In this document: positions 24,270 through 34,221 of the stretch, in pieces
Layout: every line of letters starts with the position of its first letter
Position numbering within the stretch: the first letter of the stretch is position 1
DNA from: a virus
Taxonomy: Duplodnaviria > Caudoviricetes
IMG/VR virus record: IMGVR_UViG_3300046528_000200
Location: 1 to 64,000 of that record
DNA: 64,000 bases
Direction: 5' to 3' (one strand)
The notes under the pieces: generated by a model
Seen by the model: only the letters and a program-made list of their open reading frames with translations
What the model was told of the DNA's origin: nothing
The model's database searches: none
Translations under genes and position numbers: made by a program

Positions 24270-25859
24270 ATGTTCGATGCCGCCCGACAATTCTTTGCCA
24301 AGCTGTCCACGCCGAAGGCGGGGAAAAGCACTGGCACGCTCCAGCCGGCCACCAGCCTGCCGGCCATGCCGCTGATCGAGACGCCGAAGACGCCGAACAA
24401 GCAGGTCACCCAGCCGGGCTACGTCCCGAACACCAGCTACGTCACCTCGCCGCTGACCAAGAAGGATAGCCGGGTTGTCGTGACCGACGTCGCCGCGGCG
24501 GCGCGCCAGACAGCCACTACGCCGGCTGCAATCCGCACGCTGTCGCGCCTGACGCCCGACCTGTCGGCGGCGAACAACGCCTTCCTGCGCGTCGGCATTC
24601 CTGAAAAATGGAAAGTCATCGCCCGCAACATCGACGGTAGTTTCAACCGCGAGGCGACCGCGCTGGCCAACAGCATTCTGCGCCAGTTCGACCTGATGCC
24701 CGACTACGCGTCCGGCTTTTCGCAGGTCTCGAGCCTGCGCTCGGTGGCCGAAGCCTTGGGCAAGGAGATCCTGGTCGAAGGCGCCATGGCGCTGGAACTG
24801 GTGCTCGACAAGAATCGCATGCCTTACAAGTTCCAGCCGGTGGCCGTCTCCCAGCTGGTCTTCGTCGAGGACAAGAATAGCCAGGGCATCAAGGCCCAGC
24901 AGCTGATCGGCGGCGAATACATCGACCTCGATGTCCCGACCTTCTTCTACACCTCGCTCGACCAGGACCTGCTGACCGCCTACCCGATCAGCCCGATGGA
25001 AGCCGCGGTGCAGCCGGTGCTGACGGCGGCCGACTTCGCTAACGACATGCGCCGCATCTGCAAGCGCGCCGTCTACCCGCGCTATGACGTCGAGATCGAC
25101 GAAGAAAAGCTGCGCGAACGGCTGCCGCCGGAGATCCTCAACGATGCCGAGAAGCAGGCCGAGTTCATGAATTCGGCGATCGCCGACGTCCAGTCGGTCA
25201 TCAACACGATGAACCCCGAGGACGCGATCGTCCACTTCGACTTCTTCACCGTCACCGTGGTCGACATGAAGAGCGCCAACAGCGCGGAGAGCTTCAACAC
25301 CGTCAAGGGCATCATCGACGAAAAGGTCTCGACCGGCGCCAAGGTCATGCCATCGATCCTGGGCCACGGCTCGGGTTCCCAGAATGTGGCCAGCACCGAG
25401 ACGATGGTCTTCATGATGAGCGCCAACGGCATCATCCGCCTCAAGCTGCAGGAGGTGTTCTCGAAGGCGATGACGCTGGCCGTGCGCCTGTTCGGCATGG
25501 ACGTCACCGTCGAATTCCGCTACGACGACATCAATCTGCGCCCGACCCTGGAGCTGGAGAGCTTCAAGTCGATGAAGCAGGCGCGCAACCTCGAGCTCCT
25601 GAGCCTTGGCTTCCTGACCGACGACGAAGCATCGCTCGAGCTTACCGGCGAAATGACGCCGACCGGCTTCAAGCCGCTATCCGGCACTGGCTTCTATACG
25701 CCGGCCGCCGGCGGCGCCGCCGCGGCGCCCGGTGATGGCACGTCCGCCGATCCGACCAATCCGAATAGCAAGGCGTCGCCTCTCGGCAACAAGCAGGGCG
25801 CCGCCCAGCAAGGCCAGAAATCCGACGCGCCCAGCAAACCGAAAGGACCGCAAAAATGA
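24270..25859 (+). CDS. Portal protein
   Basis: 529 aa between terL and protease. Confidence 0.85.
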   Translation: MFDAARQFFAKLSTPKAGKSTGTLQPATSLPAMPLIETPKTPNKQVTQPGYVPNTSYVTSPLTKKDSRVVVTDVAAAARQTATTPAAIRTLSRLTPDLSAANNAFLRVGIPEKWKVIARNIDGSFNREATALANSILRQFDLMPDYASGFSQVSSLRSVAEALGKEILVEGAMALELVLDKNRMPYKFQPVAVSQLVFVEDKNSQGIKAQQLIGGEYIDLDVPTFFYTSLDQDLLTAYPISPMEAAVQPVLTAADFANDMRRICKRAVYPRYDVEIDEEKLRERLPPEILNDAEKQAEFMNSAIADVQSVINTMNPEDAIVHFDFFTVTVVDMKSANSAESFNTVKGIIDEKVSTGAKVMPSILGHGSGSQNVASTETMVFMMSANGIIRLKLQEVFSKAMTLAVRLFGMDVTVEFRYDDINLRPTLELESFKSMKQARNLELLSLGFLTDDEASLELTGEMTPTGFKPLSGTGFYTPAAGGAAAAPGDGTSADPTNPNSKASPLGNKQGAAQQGQKSDAPSKPKGPQK

Positions 25860-26659
25860 CCCCGATTTTCTGGGCTGGCTCGGAAGAGAGCTTCGAAGTC
25901 TACCTGCAGGCAATCGCCAGCGTGCGCGACATGGCCAAGGAGATCATGGCGCGCGGCGGCGAAGGCCAGCCTGACGCACCCAAGACCTGGCAGAAGCAGG
26001 GCAGCCTAGCCATCATCCCGATCAGCGGCTCGCTGATCGAAGGCCATGCCGGCTGGCTGTCCTTCTTCGGCGTCACCGGCTACGCCGACATCGAATCAGC
26101 CCTGACCGCGGCCGCCATGGACGGCGACGTCAAGCGCATCCTGCTCGACGGCCGCTCCGGTGGTGGCGCCGCCAGCGGTGCCCAGCCGCTTGCCGATTAC
26201 ATCACCCAGGTCAAGGCGGTCAAGCCGATCGACGCCCACATCAGCACCGTCGGCGCCTCTGCTGCCTACTGGGCCATGAGCGCGGCCGACAACCTGTCGA
26301 TCAGCCCGATGGGTGTGACCGGCTCGATCGGCGCCGTCCAGATCCACACCGCGGTGCACCGCCAGCTGACCGAGGCCGGCATCGACAAGACCGTCGTGCG
26401 CTCGGGCGAATTCAAGATGCTGGGCAATCCGTACGAGCCGCTGTCGGATGCCGCCAAGGCCGAGATGCAGAGCCAGGTGAACGATGTCGCCGCCCTGTTC
26501 GAAGATCACGTCGGCAAGATGCTGGGCGTCTCCGCCAGCCATGTGCGCGAGCACATGGGGCAAGGCCGGACGTTCCTTGGCCAGCGCGCCGTGACCGCAG
26601 GCCTGGTCAAGAAGGTCCAGACTTTCGATGAAGCTGTTGCCGCAGCGAAAAGTCGTTGA
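25856..26659 (+). CDS. S49/ClpP-like head maturation protease
   Basis: SGGG, ASAAYWAMS, TGSIG, GEFK motifs. Confidence 0.92.
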   Translation: MTPIFWAGSEESFEVYLQAIASVRDMAKEIMARGGEGQPDAPKTWQKQGSLAIIPISGSLIEGHAGWLSFFGVTGYADIESALTAAAMDGDVKRILLDGRSGGGAASGAQPLADYITQVKAVKPIDAHISTVGASAAYWAMSAADNLSISPMGVTGSIGAVQIHTAVHRQLTEAGIDKTVVRSGEFKMLGNPYEPLSDAAKAEMQSQVNDVAALFEDHVGKMLGVSASHVREHMGQGRTFLGQRAVTAGLVKKVQTFDEAVAAAKSR

Positions 26660-26684
26660 CAAAGCAAAATCCGTGCCCAATAAT
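26656..26684 (+). promoter_or_regulatory. Sigma70-like promoter before scaffold and capsid genes
   Basis: TTGACA-N17-AATAAT. Confidence 0.65.
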
Positions 26685-26709
26685 TGCCATCATTCAAGAG
26701 GATGCCGAA

Positions 26710-27315
26710 ATGAAACTTAACGCCGCACAACTTGCCTGCGCAGCAGCAGGCGGTACCCCGGAGCAGATCGCCGCACTGGCCGTCGCTCCGGAAGCCAATC
26801 CGCCAGGCAATCCAGGCGCTGACGCGAACGCTGCGCCGGGCGCCGCCGGTGCTGGCGCTGTCGCCGCGTCGGGCGCTGCCGCTACCGGTGCTGTGACCGC
26901 TACCGCGCCGCCCGCAGGCGAAGGTACCGGCATCGCCGCGCCGGCCGTCGCCGCTTCGGGCGAGCTGGTTTCGCATCTGAAAGCCGAAGTAGCCGAGCTG
27001 ACCGCCAAGCTGCTGGCTTCGCAAGTCCAGGCTGAAGGCTTCAAGGCCCAGTCCACGGCTGCCGACGGCATGCTCGCGGTGCTGCGCAGTGCGATCGGCG
27101 AAAAGATGGTGGCGCTGGGCGGCTCGGCCGACATCGCCGCCGGCTACACCCACGCGAACATCGTCGAGCATTACAACCGCATCGACACCGTGTTCAAGAC
27201 CCAATTCCGTGTTGGCGGCGTCGCAGCCGTTGCATCTCCGGACGTCAAACCCAACTCCAAGGCGCAGATCAGTCCGATGTTTGCCGCGGCGGTGGAAAAC
27301 TCTCTCGTTAAATAA
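26710..27315 (+). CDS. Scaffold-like protein
   Basis: Ala/Pro-rich linker plus coiled coil, between protease and capsid genes; start MKLNAA. Confidence 0.65.
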   Translation: MKLNAAQLACAAAGGTPEQIAALAVAPEANPPGNPGADANAAPGAAGAGAVAASGAAATGAVTATAPPAGEGTGIAAPAVAASGELVSHLKAEVAELTAKLLASQVQAEGFKAQSTAADGMLAVLRSAIGEKMVALGGSADIAAGYTHANIVEHYNRIDTVFKTQFRVGGVAAVASPDVKPNSKAQISPMFAAAVENSLVK

Positions 27316-27326
27316 AGGGGCGCACC

Positions 27327-27875
27327 ATGTCCAAAGCACATTACATCACTCCGACCGGGCCGACTCCCGATGTCATGGTCGTCCGCCTGGGTGCCTCGCG
27401 CACCGTCGGCGGCGTTCCGGGCACCGGCGGCTCCATGACCTTCCTCGAAGAGAGCAAGTTCGTCAAGCTGGTCGGCGAATCGCAGTATGACCTCTGCGCT
27501 TCCGGCGACGCCATCGAGGCGCAGATCGTCTCGGTCGAAGCTGCCACCTCCGACGGCTGGACCATCGGCGGCGTGCGCGAGACCAAGGAAGTCTACGTCA
27601 CCGCGGCCGGCCTGCAGGCCACCGAAGGCACCGGTAACATCGCGATCGGCGACTATGTCGTGGCCGGCACCCAGGATGCCAAGGGCGTGGCGATGACCAC
27701 CGCCTATCCGAAAGTCCTCAAAGCCGCCGTCCAGGTCGGCGCCGTACCTGCCACGCTGGCTGAAGCCGGCGCACAGTCGAAACTTGCAGCACATGCCTGG
27801 CGCGTTGTGTCGCTCGGTCCTGTCGGTTCCGGGGCTCCCGGCACCACCATCGTCATCACTCGCCTCGGGAGCTAA
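27327..27875 (+). CDS. Head decoration/cement protein
   Basis: Beta-rich Gly/Ala/Val protein immediately before MCP. Confidence 0.65.
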   Translation: MSKAHYITPTGPTPDVMVVRLGASRTVGGVPGTGGSMTFLEESKFVKLVGESQYDLCASGDAIEAQIVSVEAATSDGWTIGGVRETKEVYVTAAGLQATEGTGNIAIGDYVVAGTQDAKGVAMTTAYPKVLKAAVQVGAVPATLAEAGAQSKLAAHAWRVVSLGPVGSGAPGTTIVITRLGS

Positions 27876-27880
27876 TCAAA

Positions 27881-29104
27881 ATGGCATTTTTCATCAATAA
27901 AGACGGCAACCATGAGCACGTCGAAATCGGCGCTGATGTGTACGCCGCGGCCAAGGCCGAAAAGAAGTCGGTTCCCCAGTTCCTGAACTCGAAGTTCCAG
28001 GCTGACGCCGACATTTCGAAAGGCTCGCCTTTCGCCCAGCTGTGCGCGTCCGAAGGCCTGATCGCCGAGCCGAAGAACAACGTGTTCGGTCTGCGTTCGC
28101 CGACCATCGCCGAGATCCTGGACGGCAAGAGCGGCTTCGACGCCGCCAGCTCGACCAACGTCCAGCAGAAGGGCAATCCCTACGGCTCGCAGTCGCGCAA
28201 CCTGTTCCCGGCCGCGCTGATCGCCGCGATCGAATCGGCTGTCGACGTGGATCGCACCACCGACACCCAGGTGTTCGAAAGCATGGTGGCGCAGAAGATT
28301 TCGATCGGTGGCGACACCTTCGAGCAGCCGCTGATCAACTACACCATCCCGGGCGAGCAGGGTCCGACCAAGGCCAAGGCGCAGCGCGTCTCGCAGCTGA
28401 CCATGGTCCCGACCATCCTGCAGATCACCACCAGCGACAAGGTGCGTCGTCTGCCGACCTACGGTATCGGTATCGAAATGTCGGCGCAGGCCCTGAAGAC
28501 CCAGACCCTGGATCTGCTGGCCATGACCGTCAAGCGCTACCAGGACATCGAGAAGGACCAGCGCGTCTACAACTACATCTCGAGCCTGTACGTCGGCGAC
28601 AACGACATGGTGATCGGCGCCGTGCCGACCGTGACCTCGACCTCGTATGACTCGGTCGCGACCGGCGGCGTGATGACCCACAAGGCCTGGGTGAAGTGGC
28701 TGACCGACAAACGCAAGTCGCGCAAGATCACCCACGCGATCTGCGACATCGACACCTACCTGAAGATCGAGAACCGTGCTGGTCGTCCGGGCCTGTCGGC
28801 TTACGACAACCGTCTGCCGATCATCGAAGCGCAGGCTCGCGTCACCAATCTGGACTTCCAGGACGTGACCTTCTTCATCGTCGATCCGGCAACCCAGGGC
28901 GGCCCGGTGCCGGCCGGCGAAGTCTGGGGCCTGGACGCCCGCAAGGCGATCACCTCGGTGTCGAACACCGAAGCCGAGTACCAGGCGACCGAAGAGTTCA
29001 TCCTGCGCCGCAGCTCCATGATGGTGATGCATTGGAGCCAAGAGGTGTACCGCACGTTCGGGGATGCTGAGTTGACTCCGTTCACGCGCCTGGTCATCGC
29101 GTAA
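27881..29104 (+). CDS. Major capsid protein
   Basis: 407 aa, highly biased codons, followed by strong terminator. Confidence 0.88.
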   Translation: MAFFINKDGNHEHVEIGADVYAAAKAEKKSVPQFLNSKFQADADISKGSPFAQLCASEGLIAEPKNNVFGLRSPTIAEILDGKSGFDAASSTNVQQKGNPYGSQSRNLFPAALIAAIESAVDVDRTTDTQVFESMVAQKISIGGDTFEQPLINYTIPGEQGPTKAKAQRVSQLTMVPTILQITTSDKVRRLPTYGIGIEMSAQALKTQTLDLLAMTVKRYQDIEKDQRVYNYISSLYVGDNDMVIGAVPTVTSTSYDSVATGGVMTHKAWVKWLTDKRKSRKITHAICDIDTYLKIENRAGRPGLSAYDNRLPIIEAQARVTNLDFQDVTFFIVDPATQGGPVPAGEVWGLDARKAITSVSNTEAEYQATEEFILRRSSMMVMHWSQEVYRTFGDAELTPFTRLVIA

Positions 29105-29119
29105 TCCGCGAGCGCCAAA

Positions 29120-29150
29120 AGAAACAGCCCTTCGGGGCTGTTTCTCATTT
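29120..29150 (+). terminator. Rho-independent terminator
   Basis: AGAAACAGCCC-TTCG-GGGCTGTTTCT-CATTT. Confidence 0.85.
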
Positions 29151-29218
29151 CTGGCAAACACTTGCTGCTTGTCACTTTCCATGCCACAATATCTGCACCA
29201 CAACTAAGGAGTCACACC

Positions 29219-29566
29219 ATGGCCGAAATCCCCCGCATCTGGCTGCGCAGCGAAGCCAGCTTCCCGATGATCGACCCCGTCTCCGGCACCCGCTTCGAGC
29301 CGGGCACTGCCGTGCGCGCCGACCACACCGACTGGGTCAAGAGTCAGCCGGTAATCAAGCGCACTGCCAATCCGGACGACAGCCCGACCGAGAAGGATCT
29401 GCAGAAGATCGCCGACCTGAACGCCGCCGACGAGCTGGCGCGTCAGGAGCGCGAGCGCACCGCCGAGCACGCCCAGCGCCTGGCCAACGGCAAGCTGCCG
29501 GTCGAAGACGCTGTCGCCCAAGCTGTGGCGCCGGCGCCGGTGGCAGTCGACAAGGCACCGGCATGA
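29219..29566 (+). CDS. Hypothetical virion-region protein
   Basis: Start MAEIP with AAGGAG SD; promoter TTGCTG-N17-CACAAT at 29162-29190. Confidence 0.75.
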   Translation: MAEIPRIWLRSEASFPMIDPVSGTRFEPGTAVRADHTDWVKSQPVIKRTANPDDSPTEKDLQKIADLNAADELARQERERTAEHAQRLANGKLPVEDAVAQAVAPAPVAVDKAPA

Positions 29567-29814
29567 GCGCCGTGATGCGGGCCAAGCTGGCCGTCTCCGG
29601 CGTGAGCTCGTTCTCCGGCAGCGACTCGCTGAGCTTCCGCGCCGTGTGTCTGAAAGAAGGCTACCCGGCTGACGGTAGCGACGAGAACAACTCGTTCGCG
29701 CGCTGGACACCGATGGCAAACCTGACGATGACCGTGAACAACCCTGACCTGATCGGTAAGTTTAAGGTTGGCGACGAGTTCTACGTCGACTTCACGCCTG
29801 TGGTGCCGGCATGA
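29563..29814 (+). CDS. Conserved phage protein (EN..F...TP...F..G.EFYVDF type)
   Basis: Motif; coupled. Confidence 0.75.
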   Translation: MSAVMRAKLAVSGVSSFSGSDSLSFRAVCLKEGYPADGSDENNSFARWTPMANLTMTVNNPDLIGKFKVGDEFYVDFTPVVPA

Positions 29815-29942
29815 AAGCCAAAATCATGGCAGTAGCCATGCGCCTAGCCTGCTGGAAGATCGGCCTGGACTGGCAGATGAAGCATCGCCACCTGACGGTC
29901 CGAAAGACCACCGCTGTCGGGCCATCCACGCCGTTCAGCTGA
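29811..29942 (+). CDS. 43-aa hypothetical protein (not in ORF track)
   Basis: ATGA-coupled; ends just before terminator. Confidence 0.5.
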   Translation: MKAKIMAVAMRLACWKIGLDWQMKHRHLTVRKTTAVGPSTPFS

Positions 29943-29944
29943 CC

Positions 29945-29973
29945 AAAGACCGCCTTCGGGCGGTCTTTCTTTT
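29945..29973 (+). terminator. Rho-independent terminator
   Basis: AAAGACCGCC-TTCG-GGCGGTCTTT-CTTTT. Confidence 0.88.
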
Positions 29974-30019
29974 AATCAAGCAATTTCTGTGCCACAATAC
30001 CTCCACTCCGGAGGAACCC

Positions 30020-30505
30020 ATGACTGATCTCGTCCTTACCAGCAGCGTGCGCGCCGTGCTGGGCGTATCCAGCAAAGAGCTGCCCGACAGCGTCCTGACC
30101 AACCCGATCTACGCGACGCGGCTGCGTGAAGATCTGCGCGATATGCACGTGCAGCTGATAGCCGATTTCGCACGCGCCAATGCGCTGCCGCAGCCGTCGG
30201 ACGACGAGGAGCGATTCCTCGAACTTGCCGCCAGCTACGGCGCCTACCATGTGGCCAACCAGTGCCTTGCGGCGCTGCCGATGTTCTCGCCCTTGACTAT
30301 CAAGGACGAAAAGGCCGAGCTCACCCGCAACGTCGACTCGTTCAAGCAGCTGCGCGTCGACGTGCCGGCCGTGATGTCGCTGCTGAAGACCCGACTGCTC
30401 AAGGCCTACGCCGCGGTCAACGTCGACGCGCCGGCGCCGAACCCGACCACACGAACATTTGCCGCCTCCGTCGGCCTGGCGACCGACCCGGTTACCGGAG
30501 CCTGA
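30020..30505 (+). CDS. Head-tail adaptor
   Basis: Start MTDLVL with GGAGG SD; position. Confidence 0.65.
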   Translation: MTDLVLTSSVRAVLGVSSKELPDSVLTNPIYATRLREDLRDMHVQLIADFARANALPQPSDDEERFLELAASYGAYHVANQCLAALPMFSPLTIKDEKAELTRNVDSFKQLRVDVPAVMSLLKTRLLKAYAAVNVDAPAPNPTTRTFAASVGLATDPVTGA

Positions 30506-30507
30506 CC

Positions 30508-31344
30508 ATGGAATTTTCCGCTGTCACGTCGTTTTTCAACAACGATCCGGTCTACGACGCGTACACCGGGGAATTCATCTGCAACTGCCATTCGAAGGCA
30601 CACAACGACCAGTCTTCAGCCGGCGCCACGATTCGCCGGCGGACCATGACGACCGAGGTCGACGTCACCATGCCGGCGCGCAGCGTCGTCACGCTGCTGG
30701 GTGACCCCTGGCTGGTCGGCCACAGCAACGTCGACAGCTTCCAGGGTGACGCCGTGCGGCGCGTCTGGGGCCTCAAGCGCGGCATCAACACCATGCGCAT
30801 GCTGTCGCCAGCGGAAGCCTGCGCGGGCGCCTCGGGCACGCTGCTGTACGCCCAGAAGGAGCTCTATCGCGACATGCAGAACGTGAAGAGCTTTTCCGAC
30901 TGGGATCCGCTCTGGAGTGTGAACGTGGCGCCCAGCGAGGGCGCCGACGCGCGCGGCAAGTTCCTGCGCGAGGGCTCGACCCTGTTCCGGATCCGCGGCC
31001 TCTACATGGAGGTCGACGGCTTGCTGGTGTTCGAAGCCGACGAATTCGAGAGCGACGCGCTGCAGTCGGCCACCTTCACGACCGGCACCCTGAACGTCGT
31101 GACCGACCGGATGGAGGCGGCCAACACCACGCTGCAGGTGATCCAGGGCGACTCGCTCAAGTTCTACCGCTACCGCACACAGGTCGAGGCTGACAGCCAG
31201 CCGGGCGACCGGGTGGTGTTCGTGCCGGCCGCCAGCGCGGCGCCACAACCCGGCTCGCAGCTGACCATGCTGGGCGCCACCTGGCGCGTGCTGACCTCGA
31301 TCATCGAGCTGGACGCGCGCGTGCTGCGGGTGAGGCTGGCGTGA
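30508..31344 (+). CDS. Head-closure/neck protein
   Basis: Start MEFSAV; position. Confidence 0.6.
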   Translation: MEFSAVTSFFNNDPVYDAYTGEFICNCHSKAHNDQSSAGATIRRRTMTTEVDVTMPARSVVTLLGDPWLVGHSNVDSFQGDAVRRVWGLKRGINTMRMLSPAEACAGASGTLLYAQKELYRDMQNVKSFSDWDPLWSVNVAPSEGADARGKFLREGSTLFRIRGLYMEVDGLLVFEADEFESDALQSATFTTGTLNVVTDRMEAANTTLQVIQGDSLKFYRYRTQVEADSQPGDRVVFVPAASAAPQPGSQLTMLGATWRVLTSIIELDARVLRVRLA

Positions 31345-31892
31345 TCGCGATCAATGCCACCAAGCTGGCCGCCTCGATCAAGAGCCTTGCGCTGATCCGG
31401 AAGAAGGTGCAGGAGGCAGGCGACGCGGCTTTTCGCCAGAAGCTCTATTACCTGTATGAGCGCGGCGTTCTGGTCTCGCCGCAGTGGTCCGGTGACTTCG
31501 CCAGCAACTGGAACATCGTCGTCGACGGCAACATGCCGGTCTACAAGCCGTGGCCGGGCAAGTTCGAGTCGCGCATGTCGCGCAGCGACGGTGCCTACGA
31601 CGGCGCCGCGGCGTACCGCGTGACGCCGCACCAGGCCGGCGACCCGGAAGCCGTCGGCACGGCGCTGGCGCGCGGCGCGGCGCAGCTGCGCGGCGTGACG
31701 ATGAAGAGCCGCGTGCACTTCGTCAACGCGACCGAGCTGGAAGTCGGCGACGGCGGCGCCACGATGATCGGTCTCGATGGCGTCGAGCATCTGCGGCCCG
31801 AGAACGTCATCCCCGGTCACATGCGCATCGAGCAGTACATCCGCGCACAGGCGGTGGCCATCCCCAACATGCCAAATTCGGAAATCCCATGA
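31341..31892 (+). CDS. HK97 gp10-like neck protein
   Basis: SPQWSGDFASNW resembles the gp10 (P..TG..R..W) motif. Confidence 0.6.
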   Translation: MIAINATKLAASIKSLALIRKKVQEAGDAAFRQKLYYLYERGVLVSPQWSGDFASNWNIVVDGNMPVYKPWPGKFESRMSRSDGAYDGAAAYRVTPHQAGDPEAVGTALARGAAQLRGVTMKSRVHFVNATELEVGDGGATMIGLDGVEHLRPENVIPGHMRIEQYIRAQAVAIPNMPNSEIP

Positions 31893-32317
31893 GCGACGTC
31901 TTTACCACCACCCAGCTGCGCGAGACCATCATGGCCACGATTGCCCAGGCCGCGGCCAGCTATACCGCCTACCCGGTCACGATCGAGACCAGCAACCGCG
32001 ACGTTGTCGACCAGGTGGGCCAGACCAACCCCTACCTGCAGGTGACGATCGCCAACATGGGTGGCGAGCAGACCGAACTTGGGCCGAACCCGCTCATCAA
32101 GCGCAGCGGTCAGATCCTGCTGGCCGCGGTCGTCAAGGACGGCACCGGCACGGCCGATGCGGAAGCGCTGCGCGACTACTTCATGGCGCAGCTGAGCACC
32201 GCACAGCTTGGGATCGTGCAGTGCCAGGCTGGCTACCCGGTGCAGGGCAGGCCGCTCAAGGGTCTCTGGTTCGAGCCGGCGATCATCCCGTTTTTCTACT
32301 TCAGTCGCGACCGCTGA
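31889..32317 (+). CDS. Tail terminator/completion protein
   Basis: Position before tail tube; coupled. Confidence 0.6.
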   Translation: MSDVFTTTQLRETIMATIAQAAASYTAYPVTIETSNRDVVDQVGQTNPYLQVTIANMGGEQTELGPNPLIKRSGQILLAAVVKDGTGTADAEALRDYFMAQLSTAQLGIVQCQAGYPVQGRPLKGLWFEPAIIPFFYFSRDR

Positions 32318-32391
32318 AATAAGTGGCAAACAATTGACACTTGGCAATAGTTGCCTGCTAGACTCCGGAGAAATTTCCTCGGAGAACTAAC

Positions 32392-33651
32392 ATGCCCACT
32401 TTCGCTAATGCCAGCCGCGAGCAAATCGCTTATGTTCCGGAAGCCCAGTTCGGTGTCATCCCGGTCACCGGCAACCCGTATGCGCTGCGCAACACTGGCG
32501 AATCCCTGTCGTTCGACCTGACCAAGGAGAACGACAAGGAGATGAACCCGACCGCGGAACTCACCTCGTCGACCACGACCTACGGTGAAGCCAAGGGCGA
32601 CATCAAGGTGCACATGCAGTACGCCGAATACGACCGCCTGCTGGCCAGCCTGCTGCGCTCGACCTGGAGCGTTTATGGCACCAACGGCGTGGGCACCACC
32701 TTCTCCGCAACCGTCACCGCCGGCGTCGCCGGCACCACCGCATCGGTGATCACCGCCGGCGCCGCGCCGACTGGTTCGAGCGCTTTCTCGAACCTGCAGC
32801 CGGGCCAGTGGTTCCGCGTCAACATGCCGGGCGACCCGAACGATGGCAAGCTGGTGCGCAATTCGACCTCGGTCGCTACCACCGCCACCGCCATCACGCT
32901 GGACGTCAACACCCCGCTGGTGGCCTCGGCCGCGGTGGCCGGCAGCTCGATCGCCTCCTCGCGGCTGTCGAACGGCACGACCTTGCAGTCGTTCACCATC
33001 GAGAAGCAGCAGCAGGACATCAACCAGTTCCAGACCTTCCGCGGCATGTACGTGTCGAAGCTGTCGACCCAGATCGCCTCGAAAGCACTGACCGACGCAA
33101 CCTTCAGCTTCCTGGGCAAGGACGCGCTGGTTAGCGGCGCCGGCCAGACCCTGACCACCACCCGCCTGACCGGCGCCGTGGCAGCGTCGAACACCTACGA
33201 CATTCAGAACGGCGTCAAGGGCGTCGGCCAGCTGTGGGAAGGCGGCGCGCCGCTGGTCTCGACCTCGATCAAGACGATCTCGTTCGATGTGGACAGCGGG
33301 CTGCGCGCGCAGGACGCGGCCGGCACGCTGGGCCTGGTGGGCGTCGGTATCGGTACCTTCATGGCCAAGGGCAAGATCACCGTCTACTTCGCTGACGGCG
33401 CGCTGTACAACAAGTTCCTGAACGATACCTACACCTCGTTCACGGTGTCGACCCAGGATACCGCCGGCAATGGCTACGTCATCACCTACCCGAAGGCGAT
33501 GCTGACCAGCGGCAAGATCGTGGCCGGCAGCAAGGATACCGACATCATGGCCGAGTTCGACTACACTGCGTACTCGGACAAGGGCAACGCCAATCCGGCG
33601 CTGCGCAAGACGATGTTCATCGACCGCGTCGGCGCGGCCGTGACGCCGTAA
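32392..33651 (+). CDS. Major tail (tube) protein
   Basis: 419 aa, Thr/Gly-rich, tube-type N-terminus (IAYVPE..FG..P); followed by terminator and chaperones. Confidence 0.85.
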   Translation: MPTFANASREQIAYVPEAQFGVIPVTGNPYALRNTGESLSFDLTKENDKEMNPTAELTSSTTTYGEAKGDIKVHMQYAEYDRLLASLLRSTWSVYGTNGVGTTFSATVTAGVAGTTASVITAGAAPTGSSAFSNLQPGQWFRVNMPGDPNDGKLVRNSTSVATTATAITLDVNTPLVASAAVAGSSIASSRLSNGTTLQSFTIEKQQQDINQFQTFRGMYVSKLSTQIASKALTDATFSFLGKDALVSGAGQTLTTTRLTGAVAASNTYDIQNGVKGVGQLWEGGAPLVSTSIKTISFDVDSGLRAQDAAGTLGLVGVGIGTFMAKGKITVYFADGALYNKFLNDTYTSFTVSTQDTAGNGYVITYPKAMLTSGKIVAGSKDTDIMAEFDYTAYSDKGNANPALRKTMFIDRVGAAVTP

Positions 33652-33675
33652 CAGTTTCATGGGTGGGTGTGGTTG

Positions 33676-33706
33676 GGGCGCGGCTTCGGTCGCGTCCTTT
33701 TTATTT
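33676..33706 (+). terminator. Rho-independent terminator
   Basis: GGGCGCGGC-TTCG-GTCGCGTCC-TTTTTATTT. Confidence 0.8.
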
Positions 33707-33717
33707 CCTGCGGGATC

Positions 33718-33746
33718 TTGACAGCAGGCAAGCTACTCTGCAAACT
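33718..33746 (+). promoter_or_regulatory. Sigma70-like promoter before tail chaperone
   Basis: TTGACA-N17-CAAACT. Confidence 0.6.
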
Positions 33747-33783
33747 GTCACCTCCACAACCCACCTCATCAGGACCTGAATAT

Positions 33784-34221
33784 ATGGACTTCTACCGCGA
33801 ATACGCCACCGACCCTAAAGCCGAAATCGAAGGCAGGGATATCCCCTGGGGCGGCGGTATCACGCTGACCATCGCGCGCACCCACAACCCGAAGTACACC
33901 AGCCTGTTGGCCAGCCTGTACGAAAAGCACAAAGAAGCACTGGACCGCCGCTCGACCGACGAAGAGCGCGCAGCCGCGGAGACCCTGTCGAATAAAATCA
34001 TGGCTGAAGTCATGGCCAAGTCGGTCCTGGTGGGCTGGTCCGGCCCGGTCGCCTATAAAGGCGAGAATCTGGAATACAGCGCAGCCAATGCCCAGAAGCT
34101 GCTGGAGCTCAAGGACTTTCAGGCCGAGGTGGCCAAGCGCGCTTCCGACTTCCGCAACTTCCGCTTCGAGATCGAGGAGGCGGACGCAAAAAACTCGCCG
34201 ACTACCTCCGCTGGGACCTGA
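33784..34221 (+). CDS. Tail assembly chaperone (gpG-like)
   Basis: Between tail tube and TMP; start MDFYRE. Confidence 0.8.
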   Translation: MDFYREYATDPKAEIEGRDIPWGGGITLTIARTHNPKYTSLLASLYEKHKEALDRRSTDEERAAAETLSNKIMAEVMAKSVLVGWSGPVAYKGENLEYSAANAQKLLELKDFQAEVAKRASDFRNFRFEIEEADAKNSPTTSAGT

